This document shows, one piece after another, positions 1 to 8,314 of a DNA stretch of 64,000 bases. Location of the stretch: contig DTTI01000058.1 in the NCBI GenBank assembly GCA_012964825.1, positions 3,978-67,977 on the forward strand, given 5' to 3'. Every line of letters starts with the position of its first letter. Position 1 is the stretch's first letter. This stretch comes from Fidelibacterota bacterium. Lineage in GTDB: Bacteria > Fidelibacterota > Marinisomatia > Marinisomatales > S15-B10. Made by a program: the position numbers and the translations under genes. Below the pieces are notes generated by a model. The model saw only the letters and a list, made by a program, of their open reading frames with translations. It was not told the origin of the DNA and did no database searches.

Positions 1-298
1 TATAAAGGTTCTATCGTCCGGACGCGACAAAGAGTTTATGGATATTTCCTATGGATATAACCTAGTTCAGCTTGATTTATTGAACATCAGAAAGATGATC
101 GAGTGTACGCTGCACAATCCGGTGGTGACCCGGCCCCCAGTTCCGGGTTCTGCTCGTTCAGGTGGATAAGTTCAAAAGGGAGATCCAGGGCCGCCTCCAG
201 TTCTTTCCACTCCCTGAGGAGGGTGGAGGTACCATGGGTGAGATCATTCAGTTCGCAGTGTTTGGCGCGGTAGATGCCAACCAGTCTTTCCTGGTGGA

Positions 299-775
299 CT
301 ATTTTTTAGATTTGGAAGCTTTCTTGTCTGTCTTGGGCTTTTCCGGGATGGGAGAAAACCCCTTGTCAAAAGAGGCATCTGCGAAAATAAAGGCCATTTT
401 GTCTTCAGCTTTTTTGGTTTTTCCCTGGCAGTTCCCGCAGCAGAAAGTGACATTGGTATTAGCCACCTTAACGACTTTCTTGGGGTTCAGGTTACGGCCG
501 GAAAGGGGGCAGTTGGTTTGCATGTACTGACCGGTAACCACCAGCTGGTAGTTTGCCGCCACGGAGAATTTGGCAGTAGCTTCATCGAAATCTGCTCTAC
601 AACCGCCGCAGCAGAAAAAGACTTTCCCTTTCTTGTATTCGGTGTATTCCGTCTTGTCAATGGCGTCACCGGAAATGACGCAGGCGATTTCGTCCTTTTT
701 CTTGTCGTCGTCACCTGCAGTGAGCGCAACGGTGGCCACCAGGACCAGGGATAGAGTGCGAATAAAACATTTCAT
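299..775 (-). CDS. Secreted Cys-motif protein with two YHS/TRASH-like repeats (function unknown)
   Basis: 158-aa ORF. It has a signal-peptide-like N-terminus (MKCFIRTLSLVLVATVALTA). It carries two copies of C-x22-CC-x2-C with a conserved SG after the first Cys (CVISGD...FFCCGGC and CPLSGR...TFCCGNC). The C-terminus is Lys-rich. Family assignment is by motif spacing only. Confidence 0.65.
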   Translation of the reverse strand: MKCFIRTLSLVLVATVALTAGDDDKKKDEIACVISGDAIDKTEYTEYKKGKVFFCCGGCRADFDEATAKFSVAANYQLVVTGQYMQTNCPLSGRNLNPKKVVKVANTNVTFCCGNCQGKTKKAEDKMAFIFADASFDKGFSPIPEKPKTDKKASKSKK

Positions 776-945
776 GTGTTAGCCCTCGTTTTGCTAATAA
801 TCAAAAAGAAAATTAGAGTCTAAACCTACTCCGGTCAATAGGGAATTGCTATTGGGTTGTAACCGAAATCCAAAGGCTTAATATAAAGGCTGCCTTCGGA
901 ACTGCCTCTTAAAGTCGGCTTTCCCAATGGCATACCTCATCAAAG

Positions 946-1287
946 TCAAAAATGACCCTGGAACTTTTCCGCTGGGTATTTTACCCTGTTCTTCGTCATC
1001 TTTTCGGTGACGGCTGCGGCAATATCGAGGTCGTGCCTGTTAGCAAAGGCCATGGCGTAAATCATAATATCGGCCAGCTCATCTGCGACGTCGGCACGTA
1101 AGCTCTCCTTTATCTGTTCCCGCGACTCCTCCAGCGTAAACCATTTGAAAAGATCCATCAGTTCAGCCGCCTCAACGGCCAGCGCCATGGCGAGGTTTTT
1201 GGGGCTGTGGAACTGGGCCCAGTCCCGTTCATTCACAAAATCTTCAATCTCTTGCTTTAGTTGCTGCACCGTTGTTTTGTCATCCAT
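946..1287 (-). CDS. MazG-like nucleoside triphosphate pyrophosphohydrolase (small all-alpha type)
   Basis: Shows the typical MazG-domain pattern: WAQFHSPKNLAMALAVEAAELMDLF followed by ADELADIMIYA. The ORF opens at ATG 1293, but the GGGAG Shine-Dalgarno (1298..1294) abuts that codon. It lies 6 nt before the second ATG at 1287, so 1287 is the preferred start. Confidence 0.8.
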   Translation of the reverse strand: MDDKTTVQQLKQEIEDFVNERDWAQFHSPKNLAMALAVEAAELMDLFKWFTLEESREQIKESLRADVADELADIMIYAMAFANRHDLDIAAAVTEKMTKNRVKYPAEKFQGHF

Positions 1288-1399
1288 GCTCATCTCCCAA
1301 ATGACGGTTAACCGATAGTGACCTGCCGAAGAATACCTCCGCCGGGGCGCCTGTCCTGAAAGCCACCCTTTATATCTCTTTCAGAAGTTCGCGGGTGTC

Positions 1400-1428
1400 A
1401 GTTTACATCAGGACGGACAGAAGGTCAA
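1400..1428 (-). promoter_or_regulatory. Candidate sigma70-type promoter for the MazG-like gene (TTGACC-17 nt-TAAACT)
   Basis: On the minus strand, TTGACC lies at 1428..1423, followed by a 17-nt spacer and TAAACT at 1405..1400. This predicts a ~100-nt leader containing a 7-bp inverted repeat (CTGAAAG/CTTTCAG, 1356..1384). Sequence match only. Confidence 0.35.
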
Positions 1429-1502
1429 GAGGGGAGGGGGCGTTATAATTATGTGGCGGGGACGTATAGAAAGTGAGACGTGGGAAACTTTTGCCAGTAA
1501 AG

Positions 1503-1530
1503 AAAAACCCCGCTCCAGCGGGGTTTTTTT
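1503..1530 (-). terminator. Rho-independent terminator after ftsZ (bidirectional shape)
   Basis: AAAAA-CCCCGC-TCCA-GCGGGG-TTTTTTT: a perfect 6-bp GC stem (1508..1513 / 1518..1523) flanked by A5 and T7. It starts 27 nt downstream of the ftsZ stop. Confidence 0.8.
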
Positions 1531-1556
1531 AGAGAGAGTTGGTTTTCCGGAGGGGA

Positions 1557-2738
1557 CTACTGTTGGCGCTGTCTCAAAAAGGCAGGGATTTCCAGGTCGT
1601 CATCCTTAAAGACCATGGGATCGGGCGCTGGTGCATCTAGAACTGGCCGGTCGTCCTCCGTCACCTTTGATTGGTGAGTAGGGACATTGGGAGTTTCGTG
1701 GATCTGCTCAGCTTCCTGGCGAAAGTTGAGCCTGGCCACCTGTTCCTTACCCTGGATGCCGACCTCGGCTGCTCGTGCCTTGGCGTTAAAGCCAGTGGCG
1801 ATGACCGTCACATGGATCTCCTCACCTAACGAGGGATCGATGACAGCGCCGAAGATTATGTTTGCATCCTGGCCCGCTTCCTCAAAAATAATGGATGTGG
1901 CATCGTCCGCCTCCATGAGAGTAAGGCCATCACCGCCGGTGATGTTTACCAGTACACCCTGTGCACCACGCATATTCACATCATCCAGCAGTGGAGAGGA
2001 GATGGCCTGCTGAGCCGCCAGCACCGCCCGCTCTTCACCTATGGCCACACCGGTACCCATGATGGCATCACCCATGTCACGCATGATGGTTTCCACATCG
2101 GCAAAATCGAGATTTATGAGACCGTGAACGTTGATGAGGTCCGAAATGCCCCGTGTGGCCTGATGGAGGATAGTATCGGCCATCTGGAACGCCTCCACCA
2201 CAGTGGTGGATTTGTCCACAATTGTGAGAAGTTTCTGATTCGGGATTGATATGAGTGTATCACAACTCTTCTGCATCTCTTCAATGCCGCTGGTGGCCCG
2301 GTTCATCCGCTTCGGCCCTTCGAAATTGAACGGCCGTGTCACGACTCCTACGGTCAGGGCGCCCAGCTCCCGGGCAATTTGAGACACGATAGGTGCCGCC
2401 CCTGTTCCCGTTCCGCCGCCCATGCCGGCGGTGACAAAGATCATGTCCGCACTCTCAATGATAGAGGCGACGGCGTCTTTCTCCGTCTCCATGGCGGTCC
2501 TGCCGATGTCCGCCTTGGCGCCTGCACCTAGACCCTTCGTTATGTTCTTGCCGATCTGGATCTTTGTCTCGGCCCGGTTGTTATCCAGGTCCTGCGCGTC
2601 GGTGTTCACCGCAATGAACTCCACGCCGGTGAGGCCCGAGTTTATCATCCTGTTGACGGCGTTTCCGCCTGCGCCGCCAACGCCAATTACTTTTATACGT
2701 GCTTTTTGGTCAGCTAGTGAATCGAATTCGAACAGCAT
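1557..2738 (-). CDS. ftsZ: Cell division GTPase FtsZ
   Basis: 393 aa. Motifs: [13 protein letters not shown] and the tubulin signature [13 protein letters not shown]-terminal [10 protein letters not shown] peptide. AAGGAGG Shine-Dalgarno upstream. Confidence 0.97.
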   Translation of the reverse strand: MLFEFDSLADQKARIKVIGVGGAGGNAVNRMINSGLTGVEFIAVNTDAQDLDNNRAETKIQIGKNITKGLGAGAKADIGRTAMETEKDAVASIIESADMIFVTAGMGGGTGTGAAPIVSQIARELGALTVGVVTRPFNFEGPKRMNRATSGIEEMQKSCDTLISIPNQKLLTIVDKSTTVVEAFQMADTILHQATRGISDLINVHGLINLDFADVETIMRDMGDAIMGTGVAIGEERAVLAAQQAISSPLLDDVNMRGAQGVLVNITGGDGLTLMEADDATSIIFEEAGQDANIIFGAVIDPSLGEEIHVTVIATGFNAKARAAEVGIQGKEQVARLNFRQEAEQIHETPNVPTHQSKVTEDDRPVLDAPAPDPMVFKDDDLEIPAFLRQRQQ

Positions 2739-2815
2739 GCTGTCCTCCTTTACTTTCTCCCGCGAGTCAGAGCCGTGTCACTCCCCTGAGTGCAATCCTC
2801 CTCATCGCTATTTTA

Positions 2816-4108
2816 CTAAAAAAATCCCCGGAACCATCCACCAATGTCCTCCACAAGCTTGCCCACACCGGCAGGCTGCCGGTGTCTAGGATCGTACACA
2901 TTGTCAGCATTGAGGGGATGTTGAACCAGTCCAATGGCGGTAGCGTAGATGGGGCTCGCCGCCACGTCCACCACACCGCTCAAACCTTTCGGAACACCAA
3001 TTTTTACATGTACTTCAAAAATCTCTTCACCAAGGCTCGCCACATTTTTTAGCAGTGAGCCACCGCCTGTCAATACCACACCGAAGGAGACGGGGTTCTC
3101 AATGCCCGACCGCCATGGTGACAGTTGCAAACGTTTCTGGATCTCCTGCTTCACCATCTGGAAAATTTCAGTCATCCGCGCCTCCACATAGCGGGACACC
3201 TCGTGCTCGCTTGCTTGCCGGGGAGTCTCGTCGGCTCCTCGGGGCAGTTCAAACTCTAGATCCGTAGACGCCATGGCCGCCTTCGCCGAGCCATATTTGG
3301 TTTTAATCTCTTCGGCTTCATCGATGGAGACCTGTGTCATCATGGCGAGATCGTTGGAAATGCAATCCCCGCCCAGGGCGATGACAGCCGAGTGCCGTAC
3401 CTCACCCTCAAAATAGACGCAGATGTCCGTAGTGCCGCCACCGATGTCCACAAGCACCACACCAAGCTCCTTTTCGTGCGGCTCAAGCACAGCCTCTCCC
3501 GAAGCGAGAGGCTGGTAGATAAACCGCCTCACAGCGATGCCCGTCTCCTCTACACACTTGGTAACATTTTTCACCGCTGATGTGGCACCGGTGATAAGGT
3601 GCACGTGTGCCTCCAGCCGCCGGCCCACCATCCCCATGGGATTCTTGATTCCGCCCTGGTGATCCACCACAAATTCCTGCGGAAGAATGTGGATTATTTT
3701 CCTGTCAACAGGAAGGGAGACGGCGCGGGACATCTCCAGCACTCTGTCAATATCCGAATTCTTAATCTCATCCTCGTAAGTGACGGGGTGACCGTTCTTT
3801 GATATGGCGATGGCGCCCTGGGTGTTAAGACCCCGGATGTGATCACCGGAGAGCCCCACGTAAGCCTCGGACACCTTCACATTGGCCATGGTCTCTGCCT
3901 TTTGAACGGCGTCCTCAATAGCTTGGATGGTGGCGTCGATGTCTACCACCGTCCCCCGCTTTACGCCGTGGGAGGGGGCCACGCCTGCACCCAGCAGTTT
4001 CATGTCACCACCGTTCCCGTCAGACTGAGCGATGATGCAACAAACCTTTGTGGTCCCCACGTCCAGGCCCACAGAGGTACCTTTGTCCTGAACTAACCCG
4101 TTTCTCAC
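2816..4108 (-). CDS. ftsA: Cell division protein FtsA (actin-like ATPase)
   Basis: 430 aa. Motifs: GLDVGTTKVCCII and DIGGGTTD. GTG start overlaps the ftsQ stop (GTGA). Confidence 0.95.
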   Translation of the reverse strand: MRNGLVQDKGTSVGLDVGTTKVCCIIAQSDGNGGDMKLLGAGVAPSHGVKRGTVVDIDATIQAIEDAVQKAETMANVKVSEAYVGLSGDHIRGLNTQGAIAISKNGHPVTYEDEIKNSDIDRVLEMSRAVSLPVDRKIIHILPQEFVVDHQGGIKNPMGMVGRRLEAHVHLITGATSAVKNVTKCVEETGIAVRRFIYQPLASGEAVLEPHEKELGVVLVDIGGGTTDICVYFEGEVRHSAVIALGGDCISNDLAMMTQVSIDEAEEIKTKYGSAKAAMASTDLEFELPRGADETPRQASEHEVSRYVEARMTEIFQMVKQEIQKRLQLSPWRSGIENPVSFGVVLTGGGSLLKNVASLGEEIFEVHVKIGVPKGLSGVVDVAASPIYATAIGLVQHPLNADNVYDPRHRQPAGVGKLVEDIGGWFRGFF

Positions 4109-4902
4109 GTTCTTTCCCTCACTACAATTTGGTTTTTGTATCTAAGGTCAACGTAGCGATAATTGTGTAACGTCCACCCACCAGGTAGGATGGTGTAAAA
4201 TTCTTTCAACAGTTCAATCTGTGCCAACATATTGGCCTCACCGAAATGGATTTTGGTAGGCTTCTCCGCCAGTACCATAACATATTCGTCCGTTTTGTCC
4301 ACGGTGAGCTCGGAGATGTCCTCAAACAGAACAGGGAACCGGTCCCGGATAAACGCGAGGTAGCTCACCGCCTCCAGCGTCTTGTGGGAGAGGCATTTCA
4401 GTCCCACCGGGTAGAGTTCCTCTGCGGGGTTGAAACCAGTAAGGGTCGGAACGTTGAATTCCATATCATCGTGCCGGAGCGGCATTACAACGCCCTCATC
4501 GTCAATGACCAGAAAATTGGTGAGGTTCAGGTAGGCCATGGGTTGCCGTTCCACCACATCAATACTAATCTTTTTCGGGAAGTCTCGGCTCACCCGGGCT
4601 CCTTTTATGTAGGAATGCTCCTCCACCCGCCGCTGGATGGCCTTCAGGTCAATATCAGTCAGCGACTGAGCGAAGGGAATCTTCGCCAGGGCAATAATCT
4701 CGTCCTGCGCCAAAATATTGTTTCCGCGGATCTCCGTGGCCGTCAGGTCAAAGTCACCACTCAGCAGTGACCAGTCAATGGCGTAATTGACCAGAACACC
4801 GAAAAAAAGGAGGGAGGCTGAGATGAGGCTCCATCTGATGACGGGCGTTACCCATTTCGGCATCTTCTTTTTTCTGCGCACTTTTTTCCGCTTAGGCATC
4901 AT
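4105..4902 (-). CDS. ftsQ: Cell division protein FtsQ
   Basis: 265 aa. Basic N-terminus, one TM segment and a POTRA-like region, at the canonical position between murB and ftsA. ATGA overlap with the murB stop. Confidence 0.85.
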   Translation of the reverse strand: MMPKRKKVRRKKKMPKWVTPVIRWSLISASLLFFGVLVNYAIDWSLLSGDFDLTATEIRGNNILAQDEIIALAKIPFAQSLTDIDLKAIQRRVEEHSYIKGARVSRDFPKKISIDVVERQPMAYLNLTNFLVIDDEGVVMPLRHDDMEFNVPTLTGFNPAEELYPVGLKCLSHKTLEAVSYLAFIRDRFPVLFEDISELTVDKTDEYVMVLAEKPTKIHFGEANMLAQIELLKEFYTILPGGWTLHNYRYVDLRYKNQIVVRERT

Positions 4903-5819
4903 GCATCAAAGGTCCCTTCAGCGAAACCGAGCGTCTTGATCTCCAGCTCCAGGTTGATGTCAAATTTTTCCCGTACCGTCCGCCTAGCTAGGCGAATGAG
5001 CTCCGCCAGGTCCTCCGATGATGCGTCACCGTGGTTCACAAAGAAATTGGCGTGCTTTTCTGAGATTTCCGCGCCGCCGACGCGGGTTCCCTTCAGACCC
5101 GCCTGATCGATGAGGTAACCGGCAGCTTTCTCCGGAGGATTCTTGAAGACGGATCCGGCGGAGCGGAAACGGAGCGGTTGTGTCGTTTTTCGGCTCTCGC
5201 TCGCCTTCAACTTCAGCTCTAGGATTTCCTCCGGCGTCCTTTTTTCAAACTTGAATTTACCCGACAGCACTATTTCATCGTCTCTCAGGGAGGAGTGGCG
5301 GTAACTGAACTCAATCTCATCTCTTTTTACCTCTTTCACATCCCCATTCAGTGTCATGACTCGTATACTGGTGAGAAAATTGGATATCTCCCGCCCGTAG
5401 GCGCCGGCGTTCATCCGGATAGCGCCTCCCAGCGTTCCTGGCACACCTACTAAACTTTCCACTCCTGTGAGCTCAGCTCCGACGCATTTTTTCACAAAAT
5501 GACCCATCATAACACCGCATTCGGCATAAATGTCAGTCCCGTCGATTTCCATTGTTTTGAATGTTTTTGATAGGCTGATAACAAACCCGTCAAAGCCGTC
5601 ATCACTCACCAGCAGGTTCGAGCCTGATCCGGTAAAAAAGACGGGGGCGGACTTTTCCTGAGACAAGGACAGAATTGCCGACAGGTCGGCCTCACCGGCG
5701 GGGTAGAAGAGTCCCAGGGCCGGCCCGCCTATGCCGTATGAGGTGTGTCCTTTCATAGGCTCATTCCACATGACTTTTCCCGTCAACTTTTCCTCCAGCC
5801 GTTTGAAGTCAGGATCCAC
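4899..5819 (-). CDS. murB: UDP-N-acetylenolpyruvoylglucosamine reductase MurB
   Basis: Motifs: HTSYGIGGPA and GSGSNLLVSD (FAD-binding). The ORF is open back to 5897, inside murC. GTG at 5819, 7 nt after the murC stop and preceded by GAGGA, gives a typical ~306-aa MurB. ATG 5870 is an alternative start. Confidence 0.88.
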   Translation of the reverse strand: MDPDFKRLEEKLTGKVMWNEPMKGHTSYGIGGPALGLFYPAGEADLSAILSLSQEKSAPVFFTGSGSNLLVSDDGFDGFVISLSKTFKTMEIDGTDIYAECGVMMGHFVKKCVGAELTGVESLVGVPGTLGGAIRMNAGAYGREISNFLTSIRVMTLNGDVKEVKRDEIEFSYRHSSLRDDEIVLSGKFKFEKRTPEEILELKLKASESRKTTQPLRFRSAGSVFKNPPEKAAGYLIDQAGLKGTRVGGAEISEKHANFFVNHGDASSEDLAELIRLARRTVREKFDINLELEIKTLGFAEGTFDA

Positions 5820-5826
5820 ACGTTCC

Positions 5827-7215
5827 TCAGGCTTCCACCGCCTCTTTTCCCAGCATGGCGGCGTATTCATCGCAAATACGCCAGATATCACCAGCACCCA
5901 TGGTAATCACAAGATCTCCAGGCTCCACCAGCGCCTTCATGGCGGCTATGAGTCGTTTCTTGTCTTCTACCCAGTAGACATTTTCATGCCCCATGGATTT
6001 GGCCATGTTGGTAATAAGCTCTCCTGTAACGCCGGCCAAGGGTTCCTCCCTGGCCGGGTAAACATCTGTCACAATGAGGACATCGCTGATGAGAAAAGAC
6101 CGGGCGAAATCCTCGTAAAAGTTCTGGGTCCGGCTGTAAAGGTGTGGCTGAAAAACGGTCACCAGTCTGCGATCCCACCCGTTTTTTATCGCTCTAAGTG
6201 TGGCGGAGACTTCCGTGGGGTGGTGGGCATAGTCGTCCACTATCATCACATCGTCAAAGACACCCTTGATCTCAAACCGCCGCTTCACGCCGCTGAACTG
6301 TTTCAGGCCGTTACTGATGGTGTCAAAATCGATTTCCATCTCCATTCCCAGGGCGATGACCGCCAGGGCGTTCTTTATGTTGTGGGCACCAGGAACGATC
6401 AGCTCCACTTCTCCCAACTCTTCCTCTCGGTGTTTCGCGACAAAAGTTGAGCGGACCTCCCGATAAACACGACTATCAGCCTGGAACTCCGCATCCCCTG
6501 AAAAACCATAGGTAATCACGGGTCGGCTGATGTCCGGGAGGATCCGCTTTACCATAGGCTCATCCACACACGCCACAACAGCACCATAAAAGGGTGTGGC
6601 GTTCGCGTACTGCGCGAAGGCGTTGAGCAAATCCTGTTCCGAATCGTAGCAGTCCATATGATCTGAATCAATATTTGTAATGATGGCATAAGTGGGCGTT
6701 AGCTGTAGAAAACTTTTGTCGAACTCGTCGGCTTCCACTACGATGACGTCACCTTGGCCCAGCAAGGCGTTCACATCCAGGCTTTTCACCACGCCGCCTA
6801 CCACCAGGGTAGGGTCCATCCCCGCTTCTGTCAGCACTGAACCCATCATGGAGGTGGTGGTTGTCTTTCCGTGGGTGCCGCTTATTGCCACGGAAGTCTG
6901 TTTCAGTTTCAGTAGCTCGCCCAGCATCTCCGCCCGCCGAATGATAGGGATAAGTTTCTTTTTAGCCCTCTTAAGTTCGGGATTGTCCGCCTGCACCGCG
7001 GAGGAATAGACCAGCACATCGGAATCGTTCACATTCCCCGGCTTGTGACCCTCGTGGATCACAGCCCCGTGTTTCTGGAGGTTTTTGGTGATGTCTGTGG
7101 TCTTCATGTCAGAGCCCGTCACCTCAAAACCGAGATTGATGAGGAGCTCGGCAATACCGCTCATGCCGATGCCGCCGATCCCCACAAAATGAACTTTTTT
7201 GACTTTCCCAAGCAT
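5827..7215 (-). CDS. murC: UDP-N-acetylmuramate--L-alanine ligase MurC
   Basis: 462 aa. Motifs: VHFVGIGGIGMSGIAE and GTHGKTTTTSM. Confidence 0.95.
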   Translation of the reverse strand: MLGKVKKVHFVGIGGIGMSGIAELLINLGFEVTGSDMKTTDITKNLQKHGAVIHEGHKPGNVNDSDVLVYSSAVQADNPELKRAKKKLIPIIRRAEMLGELLKLKQTSVAISGTHGKTTTTSMMGSVLTEAGMDPTLVVGGVVKSLDVNALLGQGDVIVVEADEFDKSFLQLTPTYAIITNIDSDHMDCYDSEQDLLNAFAQYANATPFYGAVVACVDEPMVKRILPDISRPVITYGFSGDAEFQADSRVYREVRSTFVAKHREEELGEVELIVPGAHNIKNALAVIALGMEMEIDFDTISNGLKQFSGVKRRFEIKGVFDDVMIVDDYAHHPTEVSATLRAIKNGWDRRLVTVFQPHLYSRTQNFYEDFARSFLISDVLIVTDVYPAREEPLAGVTGELITNMAKSMGHENVYWVEDKKRLIAAMKALVEPGDLVITMGAGDIWRICDEYAAMLGKEAVEA

Positions 7216-7784
7216 TACGCTTCTGCTATAACCTCGATTTCATTGACGATCAGATCGATAGCTTCCGGCTTCGCAACGGACCGGGCCGCCGATGCCATCC
7301 TGGAAAGTACCTGACTGTCACCCATCAATTGTTTCACCTCATCGGCTAGGCGCTCGCCCGTAAACTCTTTCTGATGCACCACCATGGCCGCCCCTGATGC
7401 CCGGAGGCTTTCTGCATTCATGGACTGGTGATCGCCAGCCGCACCTGCAAAAGGGACTAAGAGGGACGGCTTGCCGCAGGCGGCAATCTCCGCCAGGGCC
7501 AGAGCACCAGCTCTGGAGATGATCAGATCTGCCGCTGCATAAAAAGCGCCCATATCATCCACAAACGGCATCACTTTCACTCTGCCGGTCTCGTGCTTCC
7601 GGTAGGTCTCAAGATGCAAGTCGCCAGTCTGCCAAAGGATCTGCACGTCTTTCAAATCGTTGAGAGCCTTCTCCAAGGCTTTGTTCAACACCAGGGCACC
7701 TTGGCTGCCGCCCAGAAGGGCCAACACTGGTAAGTCTTCCTTCAGGCCGTATGCGTGCAAAGCTTTTTTCCTGTCACCGTTCAT
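7215..7784 (-). CDS. murG: MurG C-terminal (UDP-GlcNAc-binding) half; fragment of a frameshifted or split murG
   Basis: 189-aa ORF containing LALLGGSQGA and the C-terminal Rossmann domain pattern. It starts at an ATG that overlaps the stop of the upstream fragment (ATGA). See the murG finding. Confidence 0.9.
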   Translation of the reverse strand: MNGDRKKALHAYGLKEDLPVLALLGGSQGALVLNKALEKALNDLKDVQILWQTGDLHLETYRKHETGRVKVMPFVDDMGAFYAAADLIISRAGALALAEIAACGKPSLLVPFAGAAGDHQSMNAESLRASGAAMVVHQKEFTGERLADEVKQLMGDSQVLSRMASAARSVAKPEAIDLIVNEIEVIAEA

Positions 7785-8314
7785 AATCTCCTCCCTAACA
7801 GGGTTACCGGTGACGACACCACTTTTTTTTTAAGGTGACGCCGGGCATCTTCATAACTAAGGCAGACACGAGTCACTCTAGAGGAGAGCCATCGTGTTGT
7901 TATGCCAGGATAGGAATTCTGTTCATGAATGACCGTTGGTATCCCTCTGTGAATGGCCGCTAGGAGTGGTAGTCCGCTGGCGTAACCGCCGGTACCGATG
8001 ACAGCCACAGGAGAGAGTTTCTTAATCAACCGCCGGGATTTGAGATAAGCAGCGGCGAACCTGAAAGGAAAGAGGAGATTCCTGAAAAGGGCTCTCAAGG
8101 AAATGCCTCTCATAAATCCCCTGATGGTGAGCAGTGTATGGCTATAGTTCCGTTCCGGGAGAATTTTGGACTCCAGTCCGAACTTGGAGCCAACGAAATG
8201 GATAGTGGCAAATGGAAACCGTTTTTTCAATGCATCCCCAATGGCCAGTGCTGGGAAGAGGTGGCCACCGGTGCCGCCGCCGGCGATGATGAAACTTTTC
8301 CTTGACTCAGGCAA
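7781..8314 (-). CDS. murG: MurG N-terminal (lipid-acceptor) half; fragment of a frameshifted or split murG
   Basis: 177-aa ORF with IIAGGGTGGHLFPALA and HEQN. The reading frame is lost at an A9 run (plus-strand T9, 7823..7831) just before the conserved GNPVR motif. That motif is encoded in the -1 frame. Confidence 0.9.
   Translation of the reverse strand: MPESRKSFIIAGGGTGGHLFPALAIGDALKKRFPFATIHFVGSKFGLESKILPERNYSHTLLTIRGFMRGISLRALFRNLLFPFRFAAAYLKSRRLIKKLSPVAVIGTGGYASGLPLLAAIHRGIPTVIHEQNSYPGITTRWLSSRVTRVCLSYEDARRHLKKKVVSSPVTLLGRRL

Noticed and set aside
162-530. A plus-strand 122-aa ORF at the left edge.
   Set aside because: Most of it is antisense to the Cys-motif gene, and its composition (L/F/Q/V-rich) is typical of a shadow frame. 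Only the 87..305 region is kept as an open question.
1385-1430. The string CAGGACGGACAGAAGGTCAAG, vaguely reminiscent of the SRP RNA domain IV core. I also looked for tRNA-Sec in this 263-bp spacer.
   Set aside because: It lacks the GGAA tetraloop helix and the conserved AGCA/GNAR context. No acceptor or T-arm pairing can be drawn. The TTGACC inside it is better explained as a -35 box.
1444-1449. A perfect TATAAT on the plus strand between the MazG-like gene and ftsZ.
   Set aside because: There is no -35 or TG extension and no plus-strand gene downstream. It would only produce antisense RNA into the ftsZ 3' end, with nothing to support that.
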